From: the human T2T-CHM13v2.0 reference genome, Homo sapiens | Length of the DNA stretch: 64,000 bases | Assembly (NCBI RefSeq): GCF_009914755.1 | Contig: NC_060946.1 | Reading direction: 5' to 3' (one strand) | Part shown: in pieces, positions 19,726 through 33,565 of the stretch | How the letters are laid out: each line of letters opens with the position of its first letter | Position numbering within the stretch: position 1 is the stretch's first letter | Program-made: the position numbers and the translations under genes | Notes under the pieces: generated by a model | Seen by the model: the letters and a program-made list of their open reading frames with translations, nothing else | What the model was told of the DNA's origin: nothing | The model's database searches: none

Positions 19726-20744
19726 GTAAATAGTGAAAAAAATTTTTTTATTTTAAAAGAATCCCCGGTGTACTGCAAGATAATACTTGCTACCTGAACA
19801 CCCGCTTTATGCCAACAGCAAGTGTCATGATTACCTGCCCATAGAGGAAGAGGGGGTGAAGAGCAGGTTGGCTGGCAGATCACAGGGCAGGTGACATTAA
19901 ATGATCAAGTATCCATTAAAAAACAACTGCAGGCTGGGCATGGTGGCTCACGCTTGTAATCCCAGCACTTTGGGAGGCCGAGGCTGGTGTACCACCTGAG
20001 GTCAAAGTACGAGACCAGCCTGGCCAATGTGGTGAAACCCTGTCTCTACTAAAAATACAAAAAAATTAGCCGGTTGTAGTGGCACGGGCCTGTAATCCCA
20101 TTTACTCTGGAGGCTGAGGCTGGAGAATCACTTGAACCCAGGAGGCGGAGTTTGCAGTGAGGCGAGATCGCGCCACTGGACCCCAGCCTGAGTGACAGCA
20201 AGACTTCGTCTCAAAAAAAAAAAAAAAGCAGATTGTAAAATTTGTAAAATTCAGTTTGGAGATCCTGTTAGTTGATAATGTCTGTTTACTGCTACTGTGA
20301 ATGAGACAGATTTATTTATACTTAGAAGGTTGAAAGCCAGTTTATTAGTCCTGATAGAATCAGGGCCAGGTGCGGTGGCTCACGCCTGTAATCCCAGCAC
20401 TTTGGGAGGCTGAGGCGGGCAGATCACAAGGTCAGGAGATAGAGACCATCCTGGCTAACACAGTGAAACCCCCGTCTCTACTAAAAATACAAAAAATTAG
20501 CTGGGTGTGGTGGCGGACGCCTGTAGTCCCAGCTACTCAGGAGGCTGAGGCAGGAGAATGGTGTGAACCCAGGTGGCAGAGCTTGCAGTGAGCGGAGATT
20601 GCGCCACTGCACTCCAGCCTGGGCGACAGAGCAAGACTCCGTCTCAAAAAAAAAAAAAGATACAGAATCAGACATAAGAATTCTATCTTTTATTATTCAA
20701 TTTCACAAAGGCATTCAGATCTAACATTTTGCTCATATTCACAG

Positions 20745-20854
20745 GTTTGAATCAATTTGGCCAGATGAGCATGGCCCAGCCCCCTATTGTACCCCGGCAA
20801 ACCCCTCCTCTTCAGCACCATGGACAGTTGGCTCAACCTGGAGCTCTCAACCCG
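20745..20854 (+). CDS. EP300: EP300 exon 12
   Basis: ttcacag|GTTTGAAT...AACCCG|gttagt; LNQFGQMSMAQPPIVPRQTPPLQHHGQLAQPGALNP; 110 nt. Confidence 0.96.
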
Positions 20855-21945
20855 GTTAGTTTGACGTCTTTGGTAATCTCTTTGGCCTTTACCTGGTATT
20901 TTGAAAATCCTGTTTGTTCCTACTTTATAAATTCTCACAGTCATTTAAACAGACCATAACTCCTAGTTCTTCTGTAATTCTTCTGTATTTAACTCTACTA
21001 GAAAGCTGACCAAAAAACGAAAACAGCCAGTCCCTTGTCCCTGGAGTGTCAGTGTTTAGTGGCCTGCATGCGTTTTCACGGTCACTTCTCTTCCCTGATG
21101 TCTGTCTTCCCTCCTCCAGGCAGAGAACTGTCTTGCAAGGTTGATGGTGCGTTTTTGCCTGGTTCTTGAACTCGGAGAAGAGAGACTAGGCTTCTCCTGC
21201 TCCTTATGCGAACTCTTAACCAGTCCATCTCTCTACCTTGACCCTAACCCTCCTGCTGCCCTTTAGAGTTAGCTGGTGCCTCTGATTCTTGACCCTTTTG
21301 GGGGTTCCTGAGCATTACTACTTCTCACTAATCTGCCATTTTCAACAGGGAGTTCTGTCCTTCATTTTAACCTATAAGACAGATGGTCTTAGCTTATGAA
21401 GTTTTTGGCCTTTGGTACTCGAGATTTCTTTCTTTAAGGCCTGAATTTGTGTAGGGTAATTTTGGAAATGACATGTAACAGTGCTAGAGCATTTGTGGAC
21501 CATGAATGCTACCAGATTCTGCTACAACTTGTAAGATTTTCTTGTTTTTACATATTATGGGTCTTAGAATTTGTGTTATTACATCACTGACATGACCTCA
21601 TGAAATTGTGATTAACTCTCCTCACTTAACAGAGCATGCAAAGAAAATTACCTGCTATCCTTGTGCTAGGCATATTTGTGTACCAAGAGAATGTGTGTTC
21701 CATCCTCTTACTATTTCTTGGAGTAGGCCTAGGTAAACTGTGAGGCTATTTCTCTTTATCTTGGCACAAGAGTCAGTTGTTCTACAACTTTCTTCCTTCT
21801 CCTCTTCAGCCCTCTTCACCTATACTCCTGTCTTTGGCTTTTCTCTACTTAATAAGCCTGACGTTAGGAGCATTTGATGATTTTAGTTATAGTAGAATAA
21901 CTATAATGAAGCAGTTTGGTGATTTGTGTTTTTTTTTTTTTTCAG

Positions 21946-22083
21946 CCTATGGGCTATGGGCCTCGTATGCAACAGCCTTCCAACCAGGGCCAGTTCCTTC
22001 CTCAGACTCAGTTCCCATCACAGGGAATGAATGTAACAAATATCCCTTTGGCTCCGTCCAGCGGTCAAGCTCCAGTGTCTCAA
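21946..22083 (+). CDS. EP300: EP300 exon 13
   Basis: T-run-cag|CCTATGGG...TCTCAA|gtatgt; PMGYGPRMQQPSNQGQFLPQ...; 138 nt. Confidence 0.96.
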
Positions 22084-22665
22084 GTATGTCTCATAAGTGG
22101 ATTTTTCACTTATTTTTGATTCTTGAAACTTCTCTTGATGTAGGTTTTTATAGGAGAGAGTGGCAGCAAATAGTGGGTGAAAACAGATGATTTTTTAAAA
22201 AATAACAATTTTGGACTTAGGGTATTCTGAACATGAGATTATTCTGTGACATAGCAATGGTGTTAATTGTTACAAAGTAGGAAATAATTTAAATGGATAG
22301 TTTTAATTGTTTTTACTAGTGAACACTTTAAAATAAATCTTAGAATTAAACACAATGTAGAAGGAAATCTGGCTGAAAAGAGCATAGGCAGGCCCTAGAG
22401 CACTCTGCACTCAATTCTGCCATTTTTCTGCGGTGGCTGAGGCCATTCTGCTGAATGGTTTGAAGTCTCTTTAGTTAAGTACTATCTTGATGGTGCTGTC
22501 CAAAGATACATCCCCAGTAATAGAGTATTTTACACATTTTGAAATAGACACATTGCTACTCTTTGTTTAATCAGTTTGTGTCCTAAATTTATATATCATG
22601 CCTATGTAAGTATTTCCTTAATTCTGTTCTGAATTGCTGTCTTGTTATGTTTTTTATTTTAACAG

Positions 22666-23103
22666 GCACAAATGTCTAGTTCTTCCTGCCCGGTGAACTC
22701 TCCTATAATGCCTCCAGGGTCTCAGGGGAGCCACATTCACTGTCCCCAGCTTCCTCAACCAGCTCTTCATCAGAATTCACCCTCGCCTGTACCTAGTCGT
22801 ACCCCCACCCCTCACCATACTCCCCCAAGCATAGGGGCTCAGCAGCCACCAGCAACAACAATTCCAGCCCCTGTTCCTACACCTCCTGCCATGCCACCTG
22901 GGCCACAGTCCCAGGCTCTACATCCCCCTCCAAGGCAGACACCTACACCACCAACAACACAACTTCCCCAACAAGTGCAGCCTTCACTTCCTGCTGCACC
23001 TTCTGCTGACCAGCCCCAGCAGCAGCCTCGCTCACAGCAGAGCACAGCAGCGTCTGTTCCTACCCCAACAGCACCGCTGCTTCCTCCGCAGCCTGCAACT
23101 CCA
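22666..23103 (+). CDS. EP300: EP300 exon 14 (Pro/Gln-rich)
   Basis: taacag|GCACAAATG...ACTCCA|gtaagt; matches ORF 22672..; 438 nt. Confidence 0.97.
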
Positions 23104-23629
23104 GTAAGTAGAGATTTGGATTTAGGCAGAATCATTAGAGCTATACTGTAGTATTATATTACTTCTGGGCCATTTCCATTCTCTTTTGCTTTATCTCTTA
23201 CTGTTTTCTCCACAAGTAGAATGTAATCTATTTTTCATTAGGGACTTTTGTATCCTGTTTTGCCTTCCTGTGATAGTACCTATCGTAGCAGGAGCATAAA
23301 GATTTTATTTAGCTCTGACTTTGACCATTATGTTTCATGTTGTACCCTGAGGTCTGAAGGTACGTAAAGGGGTACGACAAGGGGACACAATCCTTCTCCT
23401 TATTTAGTATATTATTTAGTGCAGCACATAAATTTTACATATATTTAAGGAATCTTTTTCAAACAGTTTGAGCCATAAAACCTAGAGATTGAATTTAAAA
23501 ATTGCAGATTTGGACGGGCGCGGTGGTGTACACTTTTCATCCTAGCACTTTGGGAGGCTGTGGCAGGCAGATCACTTGAGGTCAGGAGTTCAAGACCAGC
23601 CTGGCCAACATGGTGAAACCCTGTCTCTA

Positions 23630-23848
<219 letters not shown>

Positions 23849-24737
23849 TTAAAAATAAGATGAGAGAATTATAGACCCAGAACAACCTGTAGCTTCCTTG
23901 TGAGAGGTTGGTTATGTATATAATAAAAATCCAAATTCTCATCTAATAGTTGAATCCTTATTAATAGAACTTTTTTTAAGGGTTTAGAAGCTTCTACTTT
24001 GATACCGATATTAATATATATCGGTATCCAATAGTTCTCAGCCATGTTGATGAACTGAGAAGTTCCATGAGTCACAGCCGTTTTATAAAGTACTGTACTT
24101 GACGGATGGCTGGTTCATCGTGGCCTCTGATAGACAAGGAAGGACAGAATGAGAGAGGAACCAGTGGATCTGCTTGATTTTATTCTTTATAAAATCAAGG
24201 ATACTTCCAGAAAATACTGACTTCTCATTAAGAGATTTCTTATGACAAGCCTTAGGATAAAGATAGGGAATGCCAGTTTATCTCATTAGAATCTAGCGAT
24301 TCAAAACAGCCACTCTGTGGGACATCATTATATTTATTGTCTCCTTTTCTGTACCTTTGAAACTTTCTCTGGTGAGAAGGTAAAAACAAGCCAGTCTTTC
24401 TTATTTTCTTTCACTCATTTCTGTATAAATGTGAGCTCCTCTGAAGCAGACATCTTTGAAATCCCCACACACTGCCAGATAATGATAGTTATCAATGAAA
24501 TAGTTGCTGGTTCTTTGATGTACAATCAGCCAACCAGTATTTACAAGTCTTAATTCTCCTGTTCTTAAGCATAATTAAGGGAGGTGAAATGGGCAGAGCA
24601 AATGAAAGCACCATGAATAAATATAAGCCAAGAAATAGGTGGCTAATTCTGCTATCCTGTTGCTTACCTTACATTCTGATTGTATCGTTGGCAGACTCTG
24701 CGTGTGTCTCACCTACTTCCCTTTTTTTTCTGCCCAG

Positions 24738-24917
24738 CTTTCCCAGCCAGCTGTAAGCATTGAAGGACAGGTATCAAATCCTCCATCTACTAGTAGCACA
24801 GAAGTGAATTCTCAGGCCATTGCTGAGAAGCAGCCTTCCCAGGAAGTGAAGATGGAGGCCAAAATGGAAGTGGATCAACCAGAACCAGCAGATACTCAGC
24901 CGGAGGATGTTTCAGAG
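24738..24917 (+). CDS. EP300: EP300 exon 15
   Basis: tgcccag|CTTTCCCAG...TCAGAG|gtgaga; LSQPAVSIEGQ...QPEDVSE; 180 nt. Confidence 0.96.
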
Positions 24918-25110
24918 GTGAGAGTAGGGCAATTACTGTTTGATTTGGTTAGGACCTCAGTATAGGAACCCAAGTTTTAAAAAATATTGCAGAAAAATAT
25001 TTTGATAATTAGATCTCATGGCATAGATTTTGCATGAGAAAGGGTGTTCAGATTACTGATTCCCAACTAGATATCTTTGGAATACTAAAAATTCTTACGT
25101 TTTCTTTTAG

Positions 25111-25255
25111 TCTAAAGTGGAAGACTGTAAAATGGAATCTACCGAAACAGAAGAGAGAAGCACTGAGTTAAAAACTGAAATAAAAGAGGAGGAAGACCAG
25201 CCAAGTACTTCAGCTACCCAGTCATCTCCGGCTCCAGGACAGTCAAAGAAAAAGA
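25111..25255 (+). CDS. EP300: EP300 exon 16 (CRD1 region with LKTE/IKEE SUMO-consensus motifs)
   Basis: ttttag|TCTAAAGTG...AAAAGA|gtgagt; SKVEDCKMESTETEERSTELKTEIKEEED; 145 nt. Confidence 0.96.
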
Positions 25256-25645
25256 GTGAGTCTCTGAAGCCATTCGTTCTGGAGGTAGCTGAAGAAACCA
25301 AAGACCCAGGGCAGAATTGCGGTCATGCCTCTTGGGCCTCAGAAGTTGCCATTATTGTGATTTCATTAACCTGGAAGCCCTGGGCCTGGTCTCTTCATTG
25401 TTACTAATAATTTTTCTTTCTTTTTTTTTTTTTTAATATTCACTTGCAGCAACCAATGAGTTAAGTCATTCCCCTCATTTCTTCAGGGTTCCCTGTGTTA
25501 GTACACCCTAAAAATTGTCTCATTTTTCAGGAGAGAGAAATGTTTGTAAATAGCCTTGACTAAAATGCAGGAAAGAATAGCAATAGTAATAGCATTTGTC
25601 ATTCACCTGCTGTGTGCTAAGTATCCACATTGTCTCATTTAATAA

Positions 25646-25942
<297 letters not shown>

Positions 25943-27279
25943 TGAGCTACCACACCCGGCCTCATTTAATAATTTCACAACAGCTCTGAGGTTATTGGCC
26001 TGAAGCTTAGCAAAGTTAAGTAACTTTCCACAGGTTACTCAGCTGACCCTACTGCCTGGGCCAGGAAGCAGACCCAGGCAGTCTGAGGCAGAGTGCTCAA
26101 ATCCAGCCATTCCAACAAGTGTTAATTGACTATTTTAGGACTAGAACTTTTGTGGCTCTAGTGATCTGCAAAAGGCACCAGGTAGGACATACCTGAGGGG
26201 TGAGTCTGCTGGCTCTTACAGATGATATATATTGAAAAGTGTTCCATTAATACAATGTGTTGTAAAATGTTGGGATTAAAAAATTATTTTCATTTTAAAA
26301 ATAAGACTTGTATATATTGAGGTGTTTTAATATGGGCTGTAACAAACCCAGTCTTACTATTGGCAATCTCTCTTTAAAATGTGTGTTCCCTCATGCCTGT
26401 AATCCCACCGCTTTGGGAGGCCGAGCGGGCAGATCACTTGAGGTCAGGAGTTCAAGACCAGCCTGGCCAATATGGTGAAACTCTGTCTCTACTAAAAGTA
26501 CAAAAGTTAGCCGGGTGTGGTGGCTCTCACCCGTAGTCCCATCTACTTGGGAGGCTGAGGCAGAAGAATCACTTGAACCCGGGAGATGGAAGGAGGTTGC
26601 AGTGAGCCAAGATGGCGCCACTGCACTCCAGCCTGAGTGACAGAGAGTAATTGTCTCAAACAAATAAATAAAATAAAATGTCTAATTTCACAAGTTTATT
26701 CAAATAGTCCTTATTTTTAGCACAGCTAAATATGAGTGACAAGCATCTTCGTAGTCTGGTTTCCCCCCACTCCATGGCAACCCCCCAGAGGTGAAAATTA
26801 TCTGAAGTAACAAATATACTCTCCCGATGATGAAATTTTTTTTGCCAATTAAGAAAAAATAAGGCCCTTGCTGAAATTGAAAGCTTTTTAAATCACTGGC
26901 TTCTCAAAGAACTGTTTGATTCCATTTGGGACACACCAACAAATTTTTCCGGACTTTTTGGGAAATATCATTGAGAACACATTTGAACTTAATTTGATCA
27001 ACTAAGTCTATTATTTTAGCAATACCATTTTTGTTCTCTCTTCTTTTAAACTTAAACCTAACATTTGTCATTAAAATAGTACATGTCTCTTTTTCTTTGG
27101 CTCTAAAATACCAAGCATTTGAACGAAGGAGTCTTCTCTTCTGTGCCCCTGACTCCTTGTAGTATAAGACAATACCTGATCTAGTCTAGTTTCTGACTTG
27201 TTAAATACTGATGTCATGAAGAAAGACTTTTCTGTTCTTGCTTGACTGCATCTCCCTCTTAACACGAGTATCTTGTGCA

Positions 27280-27321
<42 letters not shown>

Positions 27322-27915
27322 AGATGGGGCCTCATTCTGTTGCCTAGGCTGGAGTGCAGTGGCGCCATCTCGGCTCACTGCAACATCTGCCTCCCGAGTT
27401 CAAGCAGTTCTCTTGCCTCAAGCCTCCTGAGTAGCTGAGACTAGCATGCCACCATGTCCGACTAATTTTTTATATTTTTAGTAGAGACGAGGTTTCACCA
27501 TGTTGGCCAGGCTGAAACTTCTGACCTCAAAGTGATCTGCCCACCTCAGCCTCCACCGTGCCTGGTCCCATGGACTCTTATTTGGCAAAGTCTCTTCATA
27601 AATTTTTAGAAGCCTTTGGATTCTGCTTCTAATTGACCGAGTCTGTCTTCACTGACTTTGTGACTGAAAAGTTAAGCTGAGGGTGAAGAGTGTTTTAAGG
27701 TGATAAGACACAATGTTTTTTAGGAGCTGTCTGAAACAAAGCGGGGCTTAGAATCTAGAATCAGTGATTGAGCCTGTAGTGATATTTCCATGGGGACAGA
27801 GTGGTTAATTTTGTTATTGATTCTTGAGATGCTTTTAGAGCTTCAGGCTGAATGATTTTTTAAAGTTCTTTTGCTTAATTGGTAACTAATTTCAAATGCA
27901 CTTTTTTTTTTTAAG

Positions 27916-28034
27916 TTTTCAAACCAGAAGAACTACGACAGGCACTGATGCCAACATTGGAGGCACTTTACCGTCAGGATCCAGAATCCCTTCCCTTTCG
28001 TCAACCTGTGGACCCTCAGCTTTTAGGAATCCCT
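27916..28034 (+). CDS. EP300: EP300 exon 17 (bromodomain)
   Basis: ttttaag|TTTTCAAA...ATCCCT|gtaagt; FKPEELRQALMPTLEALYRQDPESLPFRQPVDPQLLGIP; 119 nt. Confidence 0.97.
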
Positions 28035-28059
28035 GTAAGTATTTGGTGGTACTTTTGAT

Positions 28060-28905
<846 letters not shown>

Positions 28906-28951
28906 GTTTGTTTACTTTTTTGTTGTTGTTATTTGTTTTTTGTTTTTTTGA

Positions 28952-29062
<111 letters not shown>

Positions 29063-30090
29063 TAGCTGGGATTACAGGCATGTGCCACCATGCCCGGCTA
29101 ATTTTGTATTTTTAGTAGAGATGGGGTTTCTGTATGTTGGTCAGGCTGGTCTCAAACTCCCAACCTCAGATGATCCACCCACCTCGGCCTCCCAGAATGC
29201 CCAGATTACAGGCGTGAGCCACCGCACCCGGCCACTTTCGTTGTTTCAAGAGCAATAGGTCATAGCAGAAAAAAGGACCGTGGTTAGCTTTGTTTTTAAA
29301 GTTGCCTCCATATACTAGGCTGCTGGCAGATTTCATTTGGTGGTTTTAAACTGTTAACTTGGCCGGGCACGGTGGCTAACGCCTGTAATCCCAACACTTT
29401 TGGAGGCCAAGGCAGGCAGATCACTTGAGTTCAGGAGTTGGAGACCAGCCTCACCAACATGGTGAAACCCCATCTCTACTAAAAATATAAAAAGTAACTG
29501 GGCGTGGTGGTGCACGCCTGTAATCCTGGCTACTTGGGAGGCTGAGGCAGGTGAATAGTTTGAACGACCCTGGGAGGCAGAGGTTGCACTGAGCCAAGAT
29601 TGCACCACTGCACTCCAGCCTGGGCAACATGTTGACAGAGACTCCATCTCAAAGGTCAAGTGCTTCCAGGGGCAAAAGCCTTTTAGGACTTTTCCTCTCT
29701 TGTATCTTGCTGTGATTTCAGATGGAACATTTTAAGTTCTGTGGGCTTAGTTTCCTCATTGTACACCCCTTCTAGTACTAAAATTTTAAATGTCTTTGAC
29801 TTTACTGATCTCACATGTACTTTCATAAAGAACCTGAAGTTGCTTCAGTAGAATATCAGCCTGATGTCTAGAAAGTCCATAGTAGTTCTGTTTCTCTGCC
29901 CTTTGAGTAGTTTAATATCTCTGTAAACTAATATTTAAAGAAGTGATGGACATCAGTCACCTCTTGGGGAATATAGACAGGCCAGAAACTAAAACACTGC
30001 CTGGAAAATTAACAATGATAATGGATGATACTCCATCTCCCGTAAAAATAGTGAGACTTGAGTAATGTTTGATGTCACTTGTCTTTCTAG

Positions 30091-30330
30091 GATTACTTTG
30101 ATATTGTGAAGAGCCCCATGGATCTTTCTACCATTAAGAGGAAGTTAGACACTGGACAGTATCAGGAGCCCTGGCAGTATGTCGATGATATTTGGCTTAT
30201 GTTCAATAATGCCTGGTTATATAACCGGAAAACATCACGGGTATACAAATACTGCTCCAAGCTCTCTGAGGTCTTTGAACAAGAAATTGACCCAGTGATG
30301 CAAAGCCTTGGATACTGTTGTGGCAGAAAG
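30091..30330 (+). CDS. EP300: EP300 exon 18 (bromodomain)
   Basis: ttctag|GATTACTTT...AGAAAG|gtaaga; DYFDIVKSPMDLSTIKRKL...NNAWLYN...YCCGRK; 240 nt. Confidence 0.98.
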
Positions 30331-30503
30331 GTAAGAAATGTGTTTCAGATTTGACTTTAACTTTTCTGGGATACCTAGAATAATATAGTGGTGACTGGGA
30401 TAAGAGAATATCCTGCTTCTGGCTTTGACATGGCTTTTTTTTTTTTTTTTTTTTTTTCCTTTTTGACAGGGTCTTATTCTCCCAGGCTGGAGTGCAGTGG
30501 TGA

Positions 30504-30641
<138 letters not shown>

Positions 30642-31334
30642 TGATGTTGCTCAGGCTAGTCTTGAACTCCTGGGCTCAAGCAGTCCTCCTGCCTCGGCCT
30701 CCCAAAGTGCTGGAATTACAGTCATGAGCCACCTCTCCCAGCCAACACAGTCTTTCTCTTACTGTGTGCCACAGTAGTAATATCTCTTAATATGAAATGG
30801 GCTTTCTTTAAAGGCATTTTTTCAGAGTGGCAATTGTATGGAAAAGTTGACTAATTAAATAATCAACAGACTGTTAACTCATCTGGAGTAGGGGCATTCT
30901 TATATTCACCTGTGGGTGCAGATTCCTCAGCATGTGCTGGCTTTCCTGTACATACCAATTCACATTATTGGTTTTTTGTTTTTAAAATAAGACTATGGTC
31001 TTGCTGTGTTGCCTAAGCTGGTCTGGAACTCTTGGGCTCACGCAGTCTTCCCACCTCAGCTTCTGAGCACTGCAGGCATGTGCCACCCTGCCCAGCTATT
31101 CCTGTTAGGTTCTTTGGTAAAGTGATGGAAGGATATGACTGCTAAGCCTACCTCAGCGTTTTGAAATAATGTGGTAGTAAACTGAGAATGATTTTCAGGA
31201 ACTGAATTAGCCCATCATTATTAACATAAATGAGAACTAAGACACCACTGACTTCTGTTTCTGACTTGCCATTCTTACTGTTCTAGCTTGTCCTTAAGGC
31301 CTCTGTGCTTTTTAACAAATGGTTTCTTTTGCAG

Positions 31335-31423
31335 TTGGAGTTCTCTCCACAGACACTGTGTTGCTACGGCAAACAGTTGTGCACAATACCTCGTGATGCC
31401 ACTTATTACAGTTACCAGAACAG
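31335..31423 (+). CDS. EP300: EP300 exon 19 (RING region)
   Basis: ttgcag|TTGGAGTTC...GAACAG|gtaagc; LEFSPQTLCCYGKQLCTIPRDATYYSYQN; 89 nt. Confidence 0.97.
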
Positions 31424-32534
31424 GTAAGCTTGGCCAGGTGTGGACCATGGTCCATGTGTCCACATGTCCAGGGAGTGCATGCGGATGGGCCAGCACACAT
31501 ACAGTCATGGTTCATGTGTATCTTGCTTGAAGACAGCTGTATAGCACAAGTTCTGTTTTTTGCCTTCTGCCTTTGTTTGCAGAACAATAAAATTTTCTAT
31601 CAGAGTAGCCTTGCATCAGTTACCTGGGTTCCTCCCAAGAGCTTGAGAAGTTAAGCAACTTTGTGAGTTGTTGGCCTAGATGGGTCTATATCCCAGGCCC
31701 CACTTCTCTTTCTACTGTGTGTTTGTTGATCACCACAGCCTGAGGCAAAACTGAGAAGATTTTTAAACTTTTAACTGAAACTCGCTAGACAGCTTTTTGG
31801 AAATATTTCCTTTTTAGATGAGGCCTATCCCTAAGTAGTTGTTATTAGAATATATGAAAACAGGATTCTGGAGTCTTTTCTTTGCCTCATATTAAGCAAA
31901 TTAAAAGGAAAACCTCACATAGCTCTCTGTACCTTACTTTTCCCAACCCAGCCTTGTATGTGACAGAGGATGATTTGAGTCTAATAAACGAGGCACCTCT
32001 GCCTAATTTTCTCCTGCCCAATCAATGGCTGTAATCACATAAATCTCATTCACTAATCTATCTTAACCACAATTTGTCTCCTGTTTTCAGTGATCAGCTA
32101 CAAGTATAGCTTGCATTGGGTGTTTATTTGGGGCTCTGATACAATAATAACAAGGCTGGATGATATTAATACCCTTTATTTGTTTGTTAATACCAAATCC
32201 ATGGTGTTGGTTTTTGCTGAACTTGTGTGTTGCAGATGCATTTCTAGCTTTGAAAAGTCACTTAAACTTTTTCTTTTATTTACAAAAAGTTAGGCGTGCT
32301 TCTAATGCTTTGTAGACCTAATGCTTTGATTTTGCAGTGAGTAAAAATCTAGCTCTTTACTCATTTGAAACCTAGAAAAGGTGGGACTCAAGTTGTTATA
32401 AGTACCTTATGTTTAAAAAAGCAAGTAACTGGACATGAAACTTTTCTCATGTTTACTAAAACAGTAGTCTAAAGTGTTTATCTTTGCACCAAGCCATCTT
32501 TAATCAGGTACCTGCACACATCATTTCCTTTTGA

Positions 32535-32871
<337 letters not shown>

Positions 32872-33535
32872 TAGGTATGAGCCACCACGCCTGGCAATGG
32901 TTGTTTTAGATTATTGTTTTCTGCAGTTGTATCTATAGTGGGCTTTTGGGGTGGGGGGTGGGGGTCTGTGGTTTTTTGTTTTGTAAGTGGGAAGAGGTGT
33001 GATTCCTGTATTTAGGTAATGAGTAGCAGTTCTTCTCTCCCTGGTATATTTATCCTTCTTCCTCCTTTTGATTATTTACATCACATAGCGTTAATTGCTG
33101 AAATGAAAGGATATGGGTCTGTGTAATTGAAACATTTGCTTTTATTTGCAGTAATCATTTGCTACTTGTGATCCCATTTGAGATATTTAATGCTAATCTG
33201 TGCTTTGCCTTGGCTTTCTGCTTTGTGTTGTTCTGTCTTGCTTTTATGTTTTTTGTTGTCTTGCAATCCCTCATTTCTTCGTTTGTTTTGTGTTTTTTTT
33301 TCTCCCTCATGCTTGTCGTTGTCTGCACTTGGCTTTGATTGCAAAAAAAAAAAACAAAAAAAAACAAAAAAACAAACAAAAAAACCAAAACCCAAACTGT
33401 GGGGCCCATATATCTGCATCATTGAATGTCCTTGTCGCCGTTGATGACCTGCTCTCTGCTCCCGTCCCCCTCCTTGGCCTGCTGTGATTGGTGGCTTCGT
33501 TGCTTGGCTTGGGCTGTGTTGTGTGAACGGAACAG

Positions 33536-33565
33536 TTCACCCCAGTATGGCCTTCTTGCCGACAG
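33536..33565 (+). CDS. EP300: Candidate 30-nt in-frame 5' extension of exon 20 via an upstream acceptor (adds SSPQYGLLAD)
   Basis: ggaacag at 33529-33535 is the first AG after a 351-nt AG-free zone. The 30 nt are stop-free and in frame with exons 19 and 20. Confidence 0.6.

Noticed and set aside
33011-33021. tttag|gtaatg as a recursive splice site
   Set aside because: Weak pyrimidine tract in a short 2.1-kb intron; recursive sites are typical of very long introns.
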